Positions 21,866 to 30,910 of a stretch of DNA of 32,000 nt are shown in pieces. Positions within the stretch are counted from its first letter, which is position 1, and each line of letters begins with the position of its first letter. The notes beneath the pieces are model-generated. The model worked only from the letters and a program-made list of their open reading frames with translations. It had not been told where the DNA came from and searched no databases. The translations under genes were made by a program, and so were the position numbers. Origin of the DNA: Promethearchaeota archaeon (GTDB lineage Archaea; Asgardarchaeota; Lokiarchaeia; Sigyniarchaeales; Promethearchaeaceae); NCBI GenBank assembly GCA_016933055.1, contig JAFGBS010000004.1, forward strand, positions 1 to 32,000, read 5' to 3'.

Positions 21866-22849
21866 ATGTGTATGGATGATAACGTGACGATCTTTATTCT
21901 GGGAATGGGTGCCATAGGAAGCTTATTTGCTGCTGTGTTACATTCAAATGGACAAAAAATAGTGGGATTATGTCGTGGATTGCAGTATAAAGAAATTGTC
22001 GAAAGAGGATTAACATATATTGACTTAGAAAAAAAATTAACGGTTATTCCCACGAGTCCTTCTTTTCAAGCAACACAAAATCTATCCATTGAGGAAGTAC
22101 GATTCCAAGATTGGATATTCGTTACCTCAAAAATATACAATTTAGAGGAAATTCTAAGAAATTATGTGGTTCCGATTAAACATTTAGATTCTATTGTGTT
22201 GGCACAAAACGGTATAGGAAATGAAGAAATTGTGCAGAGGATCCTTCCCAATTTACGAATATACAGGATTTTAACAACAAATGGTGCGTTGTTGGAAAAA
22301 CCCGGACTGGTTCGTCACACGGGTAGAGGGTACACAAAAATTGGGTACCCACAGATCAACACAAAGCCATTATTAAAGCAACAATGCAGTTCTCTTATCA
22401 ATATACTTAATCATAAACCGTTTTATGGGGAAATGGCCGATAAAATTGATGTATTGTTGTGGGAGAAGATATTTATCAATATTGGTATAAATGCTCTTGC
22501 GTCCATCCATAACATTCCCAATGGAGGTTTGATAAAAAGTCGTACTTTTAAGGAAATCATGAAGCAAGCGATTATAGAGGCGTGGAGAGTCGCACGAGCA
22601 ATGAAAATACAAGTAAATGGCTCTCCTGATAGATACATCGAATTTACTTATCAAGTGTGTGCAAATACAAAACTTAATCGTAATTCTATGCTTCAGGATT
22701 TAGATAAAGGACATAAAACGGAAATTGATTTTATTAATGGGAAAATTGTGGAATACGGAAAGACTCTGGGGATCACTACGCCGATAAATGAAGATTTAAC
22801 CCAACAAATAAAAGAGATGGAAAGAAAGAGTTATTCTAACGTCGATTAA
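21866..22849 (+). CDS. panE: 2-dehydropantoate (ketopantoate) reductase
   Basis: GMGAIGS, QNGIGNEE, WEKIFINIGINAL and SMLQDL..G.KTEIDFING motifs. Confidence 0.92.
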   Translation: MCMDDNVTIFILGMGAIGSLFAAVLHSNGQKIVGLCRGLQYKEIVERGLTYIDLEKKLTVIPTSPSFQATQNLSIEEVRFQDWIFVTSKIYNLEEILRNYVVPIKHLDSIVLAQNGIGNEEIVQRILPNLRIYRILTTNGALLEKPGLVRHTGRGYTKIGYPQINTKPLLKQQCSSLINILNHKPFYGEMADKIDVLLWEKIFINIGINALASIHNIPNGGLIKSRTFKEIMKQAIIEAWRVARAMKIQVNGSPDRYIEFTYQVCANTKLNRNSMLQDLDKGHKTEIDFINGKIVEYGKTLGITTPINEDLTQQIKEMERKSYSNVD

Positions 22850-23391
22850 CCTGCACCGGGATAGTATTGAGGATTTTTCACAAAATAAATGAGCCATTTC
22901 GCTATTGCCGAAAAGATCGGTTCAATATTTACATCCAGTTTTGAGCTACACCAGACATTCATAATGAGTTTTGCATCATCCGCGTATTTATCTGCAGTGG
23001 GCAAATCCACTTCATGCCCCGGTAGATCGAATTTTGTTCCCACTAAGACGATTGGAATCATACCTGCTGAAGTTCGAATAATGCGTAACCATTCGGGTAT
23101 TTGTTGAAAAGTTGCATAATCTGTTATATCGTAACACACTATAGCCCCAGAAGATCCTTTACAATAATCTCCCAAAACAAATCGAAATCGTTCTTCTCCT
23201 GCAAAATCCCATAATTGCATTTTTACATTTTCTCCCGAGTCCAGAATCACTTGTTTCATGGAAAACGCAGCTCCGATCGTCATTTTGTGATCTTCTGAGA
23301 ATGTGCCAGTACAATATCTTTGAACAAGTGCAGTTTTACCGACACCACCAGCACCCGCAACAACAACTTTGAATATGTAAGTATCAGCCAA
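22846..23391 (-). CDS. Rab/Ras-like small GTPase (Asgard eukaryotic-signature type)
   Basis: G1 GAGGVGKT, switch I TIGAAF, G3 WDFAGEERF, G4 TKFD, G5 SSK. TTG 23391 follows SD-like gaggt (ORF-track start 23460). No C-terminal Cys prenylation motif. Confidence 0.93.
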   Translation of the reverse strand: MADTYIFKVVVAGAGGVGKTALVQRYCTGTFSEDHKMTIGAAFSMKQVILDSGENVKMQLWDFAGEERFRFVLGDYCKGSSGAIVCYDITDYATFQQIPEWLRIIRTSAGMIPIVLVGTKFDLPGHEVDLPTADKYADDAKLIMNVWCSSKLDVNIEPIFSAIAKWLIYFVKNPQYYPGAG

Positions 23392-23609
23392 TGCAATTAC
23401 CTCGATTTTGTATGATCTGTAATCTTCAATAAGTTTAGGATTAGTTGAGCAATCTACCATGGTATAGAAAATTATCTAGCTATAATGAACCCAATGCTTA
23501 ATGTGTTGTCTCATGTAATTGATCTGGCTTAGAGGACCGTACTACACACCGACACATTTAATCCATGAAAAAATATATCAAGAAAATAAAAAAGTTGATT
23601 ATTCTGTGA

Positions 23610-24623
23610 TTAAATCGCCCGTCGCAATGCAGCGAGGCAGATTTCTTCACAATAATCTAGAATTTTGGAAGCAATATCTAAAAGTATTTGAAATGTAAGC
23701 AATTTTGGATTACTATCACTTTCGGTTGCATCAACTAAGTTTTCTATATCTCGTTTTTTTGGATTTAATTCATTTATTGCTTTAATATTGTCTACCGCTT
23801 TTTGGGTGTTTTTAAAAAGAAACGCGTCTATAGAATCTCGCACGTGTTTATCAAGAACCTTTTTCATAAATGGGGTGATTCCAAAGGTATCATCTGGTAA
23901 ACCAAATCTCTCAATGGTGCTTAAAAGATATTGTGCGGACTCCCCAATTTTGTACACACTGGATATGTAAGAAAAGAAATCCACTATGTCTTGGAGGGTC
24001 AGATTCATTTTAACTAAAGAAATAGGATGAAGTAGAGTCTTTCTGTGTTCTCGAATGATTCGAAAATGATACTTCTGAATATTTTTCCATTCGATATCTC
24101 CATTGTATTTGGAATCGGAATCCTTTACTTCTAGACGTTTCATTAAGATTCCATTCAAATCAATTACTAATTCACTTATCATTTTTACTAAATTGTATAC
24201 ATTCGAGCTTTCTACAGACATGACGTTTTTGATAAGAATTTCCGTTGGAGTGAGACCCATAATCTCAAGTCCCATCATAGGTTCCAAGATTTTCTCAAGT
24301 TCACGTCGAACACTAGAGGGGAAATCTTGTTTGCATTTGATTCGGATTATATCCCATCCATCAAGAAATTTTGTCAGTAACCGTAACCGGATATTTTCTA
24401 AGTCATCTCCATCTTTTATTTTTATTTCAGTCTCGGTTTCCTCCAAATCAGAGTGCATTTCAGATGGAATGATGGTGAGTGTGCCATCTTGATTTACTTG
24501 TAAGTTTACTACTTGATCTGCTGTCAGGTTATTTTGTTTTACCCATTTACGAGGTAAAGAAAGTATGAGAGTTTCACTACTACCCCATTTGATTAATTTA
24601 CGTTGCTGAAAAATATTTAACAC
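23610..24623 (-). CDS. phoU: AbrB/MazE-like DNA-binding domain + PhoU phosphate uptake regulator
   Basis: RKLIKWGSSETLILSLPRKWV (AbrB), G.D.I.I and GLEI, followed by PhoU helical repeats. GTG start. Confidence 0.85.
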   Translation of the reverse strand: MLNIFQQRKLIKWGSSETLILSLPRKWVKQNNLTADQVVNLQVNQDGTLTIIPSEMHSDLEETETEIKIKDGDDLENIRLRLLTKFLDGWDIIRIKCKQDFPSSVRRELEKILEPMMGLEIMGLTPTEILIKNVMSVESSNVYNLVKMISELVIDLNGILMKRLEVKDSDSKYNGDIEWKNIQKYHFRIIREHRKTLLHPISLVKMNLTLQDIVDFFSYISSVYKIGESAQYLLSTIERFGLPDDTFGITPFMKKVLDKHVRDSIDAFLFKNTQKAVDNIKAINELNPKKRDIENLVDATESDSNPKLLTFQILLDIASKILDYCEEICLAALRRAI

Positions 24624-24678
24624 CTTTAGAGTACACTGTCAGAACAAGGAATAAATTACATTATTGCCCTAAAAAATC

Positions 24679-26718
24679 TTATTGATTCAATTCTATTCCC
24701 TTTGTTTTCTGATATAGTGGACAATGAGTGATGCACTTTAAACAATGGATGCAAGGAGAATTTTTGGTCGTATTGATGGTGGGAATGTATTTAGTTCCTT
24801 TTTTTTTAACGCATATGATATTTTGGGGACATATATCTTCGCAAACTCCACAATTTGCACAATTTTGAGACTTTAAAATTAGACCAGCGAGATGGTGCAA
24901 GAACTTTTCAATATCTTTCTTTTTCCTTGTAGATTTAATCGAGAAGTTCCCTTCTTGGGTCAATTGGAATTCAAATTGATGGTTATGTATTTGAAGAATG
25001 TCATTTTTAAGGTGTTTTGTCCCCGTTAAAACAGATAAGAGAGGTTTAAGAGATCTGAAATCAATAGGGAGGAAAATTTCTCCCAAAATTGTGGTTTGGT
25101 CTGAATACTTTGAATTTTCTTTGTTAATACGTAATACAGAGGGGGAATCGAATCCAAAAGAGCTGTAATCGATCTTATGCTTTTCAAAATATTTTTTCCA
25201 TTGTGTGTCTAAGTGGTGAAATCTCCATAATCCATATTTTATCCATTCATTGGGAAGATTATATTTTTTTGCATAAGTTTTCAACCAAGAATCCCATTTG
25301 TCCATCAATTGAGGGTGAATATCTCTAAGTATCCGTAAGGTAGCTAAGTCGGAAGCGGGACAAAGATAGCACCCAATTCGTTCGAATTCTTGAAAATATA
25401 ACTGATTCACTGGAATATCAATTCGCATGCCATCAACTAGATGAGGATAGTATAAGATGTAAAGCCAAACCTCTAGTGCATTCCAGTTCTTAATCGGGGT
25501 GGCTGCAATCTGTTGAGGAATGAATGAATTCACGTAGACACGTTTTTCAGCCGCACGTGAGAATGATTCATATCGACGTTGTCCCAAGAATGATAGCACT
25601 TTTTCCCCCGAAGAAACTGAATCAATTATTTCATTGATTCGCTGCGCTTTTAATCCATGGCAGCAAAACCGATAATCTCTTGCAGGAGGACCTAAATGTT
25701 CAATCAAGTCCCAGATTTTATCGTTCGCACAATTAATATGAACATTTTCTTGCATCCCCAGAGCCTTCGCAACTTGCAGCGTGTTTTCGATCGTTTCAGG
25801 TAATTCTATTCCTGTATCAGCGAAAAAGATTTCAAATTTTGGACCCATAGTATCATACACAAGCAATAAAGTGCATAAGGAATCTTTTCCTCCTGAATAT
25901 GCGACTGCGGTCATATTGATGTTTGAGTGATGAGAAATTGTGTTTCTAATGAATCTCTGTGCTTCTTTAACCACGAATTGCATATGGTCCTCATTTGCCT
26001 CGTAAACTTGTTCCCATGATCTTGGTTTGAGGGAATCTATAATTTCATCTAATGGAATGGTCGATCTCTGATTACGAAGGTTTTTAGCTACTTTTCCATA
26101 GCCCTTTTCCACCATTTCCGTAATAGTAGTTCCATTCGAATAGGCGATTCCAAGACTGATATATTCATTTTCATAACAGATGATACAGAAGTCTCCTTCC
26201 TCTATACCCAAATCAAATCTTTTTATGCCTGGGGCTAATATACTCTTTCCTTCCTTGATAAAGGGTACACTGTCTTCATACAAATACACAGTGTGTTTTA
26301 AAGGGATATTGTTTTGATCAGCGAAATACACAAGTAATTTAGCTCCTACTTGACGCGGATGGAATTCAAATCGCTCTCTAAGGACATTATAGAGAAATCG
26401 ACCATAAACATAACCATTAGCAATTATCTCTTGAGAAAGGTCAATCCCAGAAGTACGATTAATTAAGTAGATATTATTTTTTGGTATTAACAAGAGCCCC
26501 AATCCTTCTCCAAAGGTAGTATCAATGGTAGTACGAATTCTCACTAAATCATTTTCAAACGCAGGGCGAATATCACCCGGAGGAGTGAGTTGTATCTTAT
26601 CGGTTTCATATTTGCATTTGGGACAAATGGGGTGATCCAGAATCGGGATATTATCGTTTTTACACCAATAGAGCTTTAATCTTCCTAAATATGGTGCCTT
26701 TGCCATTTTAGGGGGCAT
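24679..26718 (-). CDS. PAPS/APS-reductase family protein with N-terminal Zn ribbon + PUA domain and C-terminal 4Fe-4S ferredoxin
   Basis: YWC...N.PI...C.KC, GKSILAPGI (PUA), AYSGGKDS (PP-loop), FCC..LK, RIGCYLCP, CANCGVCEDICP and CIHCLKCITHCP. Confidence 0.92.
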   Translation of the reverse strand: MPPKMAKAPYLGRLKLYWCKNDNIPILDHPICPKCKYETDKIQLTPPGDIRPAFENDLVRIRTTIDTTFGEGLGLLLIPKNNIYLINRTSGIDLSQEIIANGYVYGRFLYNVLRERFEFHPRQVGAKLLVYFADQNNIPLKHTVYLYEDSVPFIKEGKSILAPGIKRFDLGIEEGDFCIICYENEYISLGIAYSNGTTITEMVEKGYGKVAKNLRNQRSTIPLDEIIDSLKPRSWEQVYEANEDHMQFVVKEAQRFIRNTISHHSNINMTAVAYSGGKDSLCTLLLVYDTMGPKFEIFFADTGIELPETIENTLQVAKALGMQENVHINCANDKIWDLIEHLGPPARDYRFCCHGLKAQRINEIIDSVSSGEKVLSFLGQRRYESFSRAAEKRVYVNSFIPQQIAATPIKNWNALEVWLYILYYPHLVDGMRIDIPVNQLYFQEFERIGCYLCPASDLATLRILRDIHPQLMDKWDSWLKTYAKKYNLPNEWIKYGLWRFHHLDTQWKKYFEKHKIDYSSFGFDSPSVLRINKENSKYSDQTTILGEIFLPIDFRSLKPLLSVLTGTKHLKNDILQIHNHQFEFQLTQEGNFSIKSTRKKKDIEKFLHHLAGLILKSQNCANCGVCEDICPQNIICVKKKGTKYIPTINTTKNSPCIHCLKCITHCPLYQKTKGIELNQ

Positions 26719-26795
26719 GCCATATTGAAGTGGTCAAGGAATATAGGATTTCTTGAAATGAAGATTTAATAGGGGAAATTGTTTGGTAGGTAATT

Positions 26796-28064
26796 ATGCA
26801 ATTCTTTCATATCAATGACCCTGTCAGTGGATTTATTTCCGTACCTCGAAAATTTCGGGAAGTGATTGATTCTGAAGAAATTCAAAGACTTCGCAGAATA
26901 AAACAATTGTCCGGTGCTCCTTATGTTTATCCAGGAGCAAATCATACAAGGTTTGAACATTCGATAGGAGTTATGTACGAAGTGCAAAAACAATTAGATT
27001 TTCTAATGGAAACTAAAGATATTGAAATTGATCAAGATGTGTACGATTCCGCACTTCTTGCAGGATTGTGTCATGATATCGGTCATGGACCTTTTTCTCA
27101 TAATTTTGAAGAAGTGCTGATTTCGAAATCCGGACAAGCCCATGAAGATTTTACCCGCTTTTTGCTATTACATTCAGAGATTGGAAATATTATAGAAAAT
27201 TTAGGCTTAACAAAAGAACGAATTGCAGATTTGGCCCAAGGGAAATTGAATTTGGAAGATTATTTCTTTCTTGACCAGATTATTGCAGGTCCATTAGATT
27301 GTGATTCTCGGGACTATTTAGTGAGGGATTCCTACCATTGTGGAACCAGATTTGCGAATCATTCCCAGAGGTTAATCACTTTGTCGAATATCACGGAAGG
27401 AGGAAATCTAGCTTATAATATTAAAGGAATCAGTGATATTGAATCCTTTCTTCTGACGAGACTTAATGCTTTTCGCACCATATATTTTCATAAAACTAGT
27501 CGGGCTGTTCAAATAATGTTTGGGGAGGCCATTCGCAACCTTAGTGCAGATGTAAATCTCGTGAATTTCAAATCACCAGAAGACTATTTAATATGGGACG
27601 ATTTCACTTTATATTATCACCTTTTACATAATGAAAAATCCAAAGTAATTATGCAGCGTATTAAAAAGCGGGACCTTCTAAAAACTTGTTATGAGCGTCC
27701 TTCTATTATCTTGAAAGATGATCCTAAACCTTTTTTTACTAAAGAGACCGATCGGTTACGAGAGAAAATCGCAGAACGTGCTAATGCACCGATTGATCAA
27801 GTATTTATCGACCTCCCTTATATGCCCAGTGTTCCCTACCAGCATACATCTAGCTTAAAACCTAATGAGATTCCGGTGATTTCTATAAATGCCCAAGGAG
27901 AGAAAATACCGGTGAATTTGTACGATTATTCTCTCTTTTTTCCTCTTATCCAAGGATATTTTAATATTATCCGTGTTTATACGACCCGAAACTATAAAAA
28001 CACTGTTGGAGAAGCTGCAGAAAAAATTATAGATGATTCACTACGTAATCTAGATCTGGAATAA
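26796..28064 (+). CDS. HD-domain dNTP triphosphohydrolase (SAMHD1-like)
   Basis: QRLRRIKQL, HTRFEHSIG, HDIGHGPFSH, D.D..DYLVRD and IYFHKTSR motifs. Confidence 0.92.
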   Translation: MQFFHINDPVSGFISVPRKFREVIDSEEIQRLRRIKQLSGAPYVYPGANHTRFEHSIGVMYEVQKQLDFLMETKDIEIDQDVYDSALLAGLCHDIGHGPFSHNFEEVLISKSGQAHEDFTRFLLLHSEIGNIIENLGLTKERIADLAQGKLNLEDYFFLDQIIAGPLDCDSRDYLVRDSYHCGTRFANHSQRLITLSNITEGGNLAYNIKGISDIESFLLTRLNAFRTIYFHKTSRAVQIMFGEAIRNLSADVNLVNFKSPEDYLIWDDFTLYYHLLHNEKSKVIMQRIKKRDLLKTCYERPSIILKDDPKPFFTKETDRLREKIAERANAPIDQVFIDLPYMPSVPYQHTSSLKPNEIPVISINAQGEKIPVNLYDYSLFFPLIQGYFNIIRVYTTRNYKNTVGEAAEKIIDDSLRNLDLE

Positions 28065-28096
28065 AGTCATTTGCATAAAATTTTAAAGTTACAACT

Positions 28097-28117
28097 GAAA
28101 CTTTATAGTGTATATAA
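28097..28117 (+). promoter_or_regulatory. Candidate BRE/TATA promoter for aIF1
   Basis: gaaa-ctttatag (28097-28108), with an alternative TATA gtatataa (28110-28117), in the 80-bp gap before the gene. Confidence 0.5.
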
Positions 28118-28143
28118 TTGAATTAATTGTGAGATGAAAAAAC

Positions 28144-28455
28144 ATACCAAAAGACTCGATTTGTCCAAAATGCTCCTTGCCAATAGATCTTTGTGTCTGT
28201 GAAAGTTTGAGTCAAGAAAATCAACGCATTACTATTTCTAATGATAAACGAAAATGGGGAAGAATCGTTACTGTAGTTACTTTCAACGGTGAGATCCCCG
28301 ATCTAAAGAAAATGTTGAAAAAAGCAAAGACTTTTTGTGCATCAGGTGGAACCATACGAGAAAATCAAATTGAAATCCAAGGAGAACATCGTCATAAAAT
28401 TAGAAAACTCCTTATTAAAGAAGGTTTTCCCATAGAAAACATCGAAATATTGTAA
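28144..28455 (+). CDS. sui1: Translation initiation factor aIF1 (SUI1/eIF1 family), probable ATA start
   Basis: ICPKCSLP.DLCVCE, KRKWGRIVTVV, CASGGT and IEIQGEH motifs. The conserved ICPKC lies upstream of the first canonical start (TTG 28177). The in-frame TGA at 28135 leaves only ATA 28144 or ATT 28159. Confidence 0.9.
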   Translation: MPKDSICPKCSLPIDLCVCESLSQENQRITISNDKRKWGRIVTVVTFNGEIPDLKKMLKKAKTFCASGGTIRENQIEIQGEHRHKIRKLLIKEGFPIENIEIL

Positions 28456-28480
28456 ACAATTCCAACTGTGGAGAGATATC

Positions 28481-28951
28481 ATGCAAGAAATGAAAAGTAC
28501 AGACAGTTATCAAGTATTTTTTACATCTAATCCTTCTTCTACAGAAAAAGACTTATTTCTTACATTTTTCTTTCAAGGCAATCCCATAGCTATTCGAAAT
28601 GACAAAGATCTTTTACCGTTACTGAAGAAATCCACTCAGATTGCTGAGAATTCCTTTACTATCCCCAGCATTGTGGATGTTATCTCAAATACAGCAAAAA
28701 ATTTGGAAGGGGTTTTTTCTTCCTACGTCGTGGTTATGTGGACAGAACGGGGGAGAAAGAGGAAAGAGGGAAAAGAAAGGGGTTTTCTTATTGGTAAGTC
28801 CAAAGAAGCGGGATATTATCTATTTGGGATTTGGCCATATTCCTATTTTTTAGAGATGGAAGCAAACATTGAAATCGCTGTGGATGGCATCAAAGATTTA
28901 ATAAACAATGGGAAATCTTACTCGGAAATTTTACTATTGACTGAAAAATAA
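28481..28951 (+). CDS. Hypothetical protein
   Basis: 156-aa ORF, ATG preceded by ggagag, co-oriented between aIF1 and rpoP. Confidence 0.75.
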   Translation: MQEMKSTDSYQVFFTSNPSSTEKDLFLTFFFQGNPIAIRNDKDLLPLLKKSTQIAENSFTIPSIVDVISNTAKNLEGVFSSYVVVMWTERGRKRKEGKERGFLIGKSKEAGYYLFGIWPYSYFLEMEANIEIAVDGIKDLINNGKSYSEILLLTEK

Positions 28952-29001
28952 AACGAAAAACTTTTTTGTTTGAATAGCTTGGGTGACAAGAGGAATATAC
29001 T

Positions 29002-29154
29002 ATGACTTCATATGTATGTGCGCGCAAAGAATGCCGTAAAGAAATTGATGAAAAAAAGCTTGCTACATTACCAGGAATAAAATGTCCGTATTGTGGGTAT
29101 CGGATACTGTATAAAAAACGTCCTGTGATTATTAAACGCATAAAAGCAATTTAG
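29002..29154 (+). CDS. rpoP: RNA polymerase subunit P (Rpo12); missed by the ORF track (50 aa)
   Basis: Manual translation MTSYVCARKECRKEIDEKKLATLPGIKCPYCGYRILYKKRPVIIKRIKAI contains the diagnostic CPYCGYRIL.K.RP motif; SD-like gagga upstream. Confidence 0.93.
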   Translation: MTSYVCARKECRKEIDEKKLATLPGIKCPYCGYRILYKKRPVIIKRIKAI

Positions 29155-30128
29155 ATATCGATTTTTAACCCTCGCGGGGTCAGTAACGCAACGAGATCTT
29201 TATATCGATTTCGAACTGTAACTTCTGTAATTTTCGCAACATTTGCGACATCGTGTTGCGTTCGTTTTTCGTCATTTTTTATTGCAGCAATATATAGGGC
29301 TGCTGCTGCAAGTCCTGATGGATCTTTTCCGCCAAGGATACGTAACTTAGAAGCAAAATCTAAAATCTGGCGAGCATATATCTCGGTTTGAGCCGATAAT
29401 CCAAGTTCTGTGCAAAAACGAGATAGGAAATTTTTCGGAGAATTTTGGGGAATGGATTTTTCTCTCAAAAATGGATTGCATTCCTCGTTATCAGCATTTT
29501 CGAAATAATCTTTTTGTAACTGCTCGTAGATAAGACAATAACAGCGATGGAGGTCTTTTTTCTTTACGGGACTCACAGCAATGATGTCTTCATACAAAAT
29601 AGGGACGGAACGAAAACGACATGCAGTATAAATACACGCTGCAATCATCGATTCAATGGATCTACCGCGTATTAGGTTGTTCTTTATCGCATTTCTGTAA
29701 ATAAAAGCAGCTCGATCTTTTACTGACCGGCATAGATTCAGTTGGGAACAGATTCGTTCCAATTCGTATAACGCACGAGTTAGATTACGATCCATACTAG
29801 AATTTGCTCGCATATGACTATGCCATTTACGGTTTTTTTTTGCTCGTTCCCGCGCAGAAGGGGAAAGCACCTTTCCGTGAGCATCTATATCCCGATAATC
29901 TATATTAGTGGAAAGCCCTTTATCATGCATAGTTAAAGTCAACGGGGCACCTACCCTGCTCTTTTTTTCTCTTTCCGTACTATCGAAAGCTCTCCATTCT
30001 GCTCCATGATCAATCATGTGCTGATAAAACACGGTTCCGCAATTGGAACATAATAGATCTCCCGTTGCAGTATCATTGATAGCCTTGTCTGAACCGCAAC
30101 AAGGACATTTCTCATATCCAGTGCCCAT
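29151..30128 (-). CDS. tfb: Transcription initiation factor IIB (TFB)
   Basis: Zn ribbon CPCC...CSNC, B-reader GAEWRAF..R.GAP, two cyclin repeats (GRSIESM, GKDPSGLAAA) and the HTH TEVTVRNRY. Confidence 0.97.
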   Translation of the reverse strand: MGTGYEKCPCCGSDKAINDTATGDLLCSNCGTVFYQHMIDHGAEWRAFDSTEREKKSRVGAPLTLTMHDKGLSTNIDYRDIDAHGKVLSPSARERAKKNRKWHSHMRANSSMDRNLTRALYELERICSQLNLCRSVKDRAAFIYRNAIKNNLIRGRSIESMIAACIYTACRFRSVPILYEDIIAVSPVKKKDLHRCYCLIYEQLQKDYFENADNEECNPFLREKSIPQNSPKNFLSRFCTELGLSAQTEIYARQILDFASKLRILGGKDPSGLAAAALYIAAIKNDEKRTQHDVANVAKITEVTVRNRYKDLVALLTPRGLKIDI

Positions 30129-30345
30129 TATTCATTTCACTTTAATACTGCGATTTCTATATCTCGTTAGATGGTCCTCGCCCTAATCTATGGATCTTAC
30201 TTTAGAAAAAATATAGATAGCTTCTATGGATCTCTATAAATACTAAGCATAGAATAGACTCGCGACTTCATATTTAAATTTATCTTTAAGTAATTGGGCT
30301 GTGGGATCTCAACATCGATCTATCCCAAAAATGAGAGTAATTTGT

Positions 30346-30837
30346 ATGAGTAAATTATTTCGGCATAAACATCGTGCTATTCGGTCATTTCCGACAAAAT
30401 GTAGAGATTGTGGTAAACCCATTCTGTATTGGGAGTGCGAATGTGGTGCAAAAACATTTTTTAATCTACCGATTTATGGTAAACCCATTCGTCACCTATG
30501 TGAAAAACCTCTCCTTCGTGGAAAAAGAAGAAGACCTTGGACGATCACTAAAGAAATCCCAGAAAAGGACTGGCAAGAGATAGGGCGTGAAGAAATTTTC
30601 CGATGTCCCATTTGCAATAAGATATTTAAGGATGAAACAAGGTTTTATTCCCATATAACTCAAATGAAAAAAACAGATCCGGACCACAAGAGTTATTTTG
30701 ATGAGATTTTGGAACTAATAGATTTTGATGAAAGAGATCTGGAAGAAGAAATGGAAATCTTTCGGGTGAATACCAAAATTTCGGAAAATCCAGGGTTTGG
30801 TTCCATTTCCATTCGAGACCAGAAAAAGAAAAAATAA
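30346..30837 (+). CDS. Zinc-finger protein (CxxC/CxC cluster + C2H2-like finger)
   Basis: CRDC...CEC...H.C and CPIC..IF......HI......DH, with an acidic tail. ATG 30346 or 30331 preferred over GTG 30301. Confidence 0.75.
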   Translation: MSKLFRHKHRAIRSFPTKCRDCGKPILYWECECGAKTFFNLPIYGKPIRHLCEKPLLRGKRRRPWTITKEIPEKDWQEIGREEIFRCPICNKIFKDETRFYSHITQMKKTDPDHKSYFDEILELIDFDERDLEEEMEIFRVNTKISENPGFGSISIRDQKKKK

Positions 30838-30910
30838 GACAAACAAAGAATTAAGGTTCTTTTGTATTGAATACTTTAAGTATAACATAAGATAAGGTTG
30901 AACGTATCAA

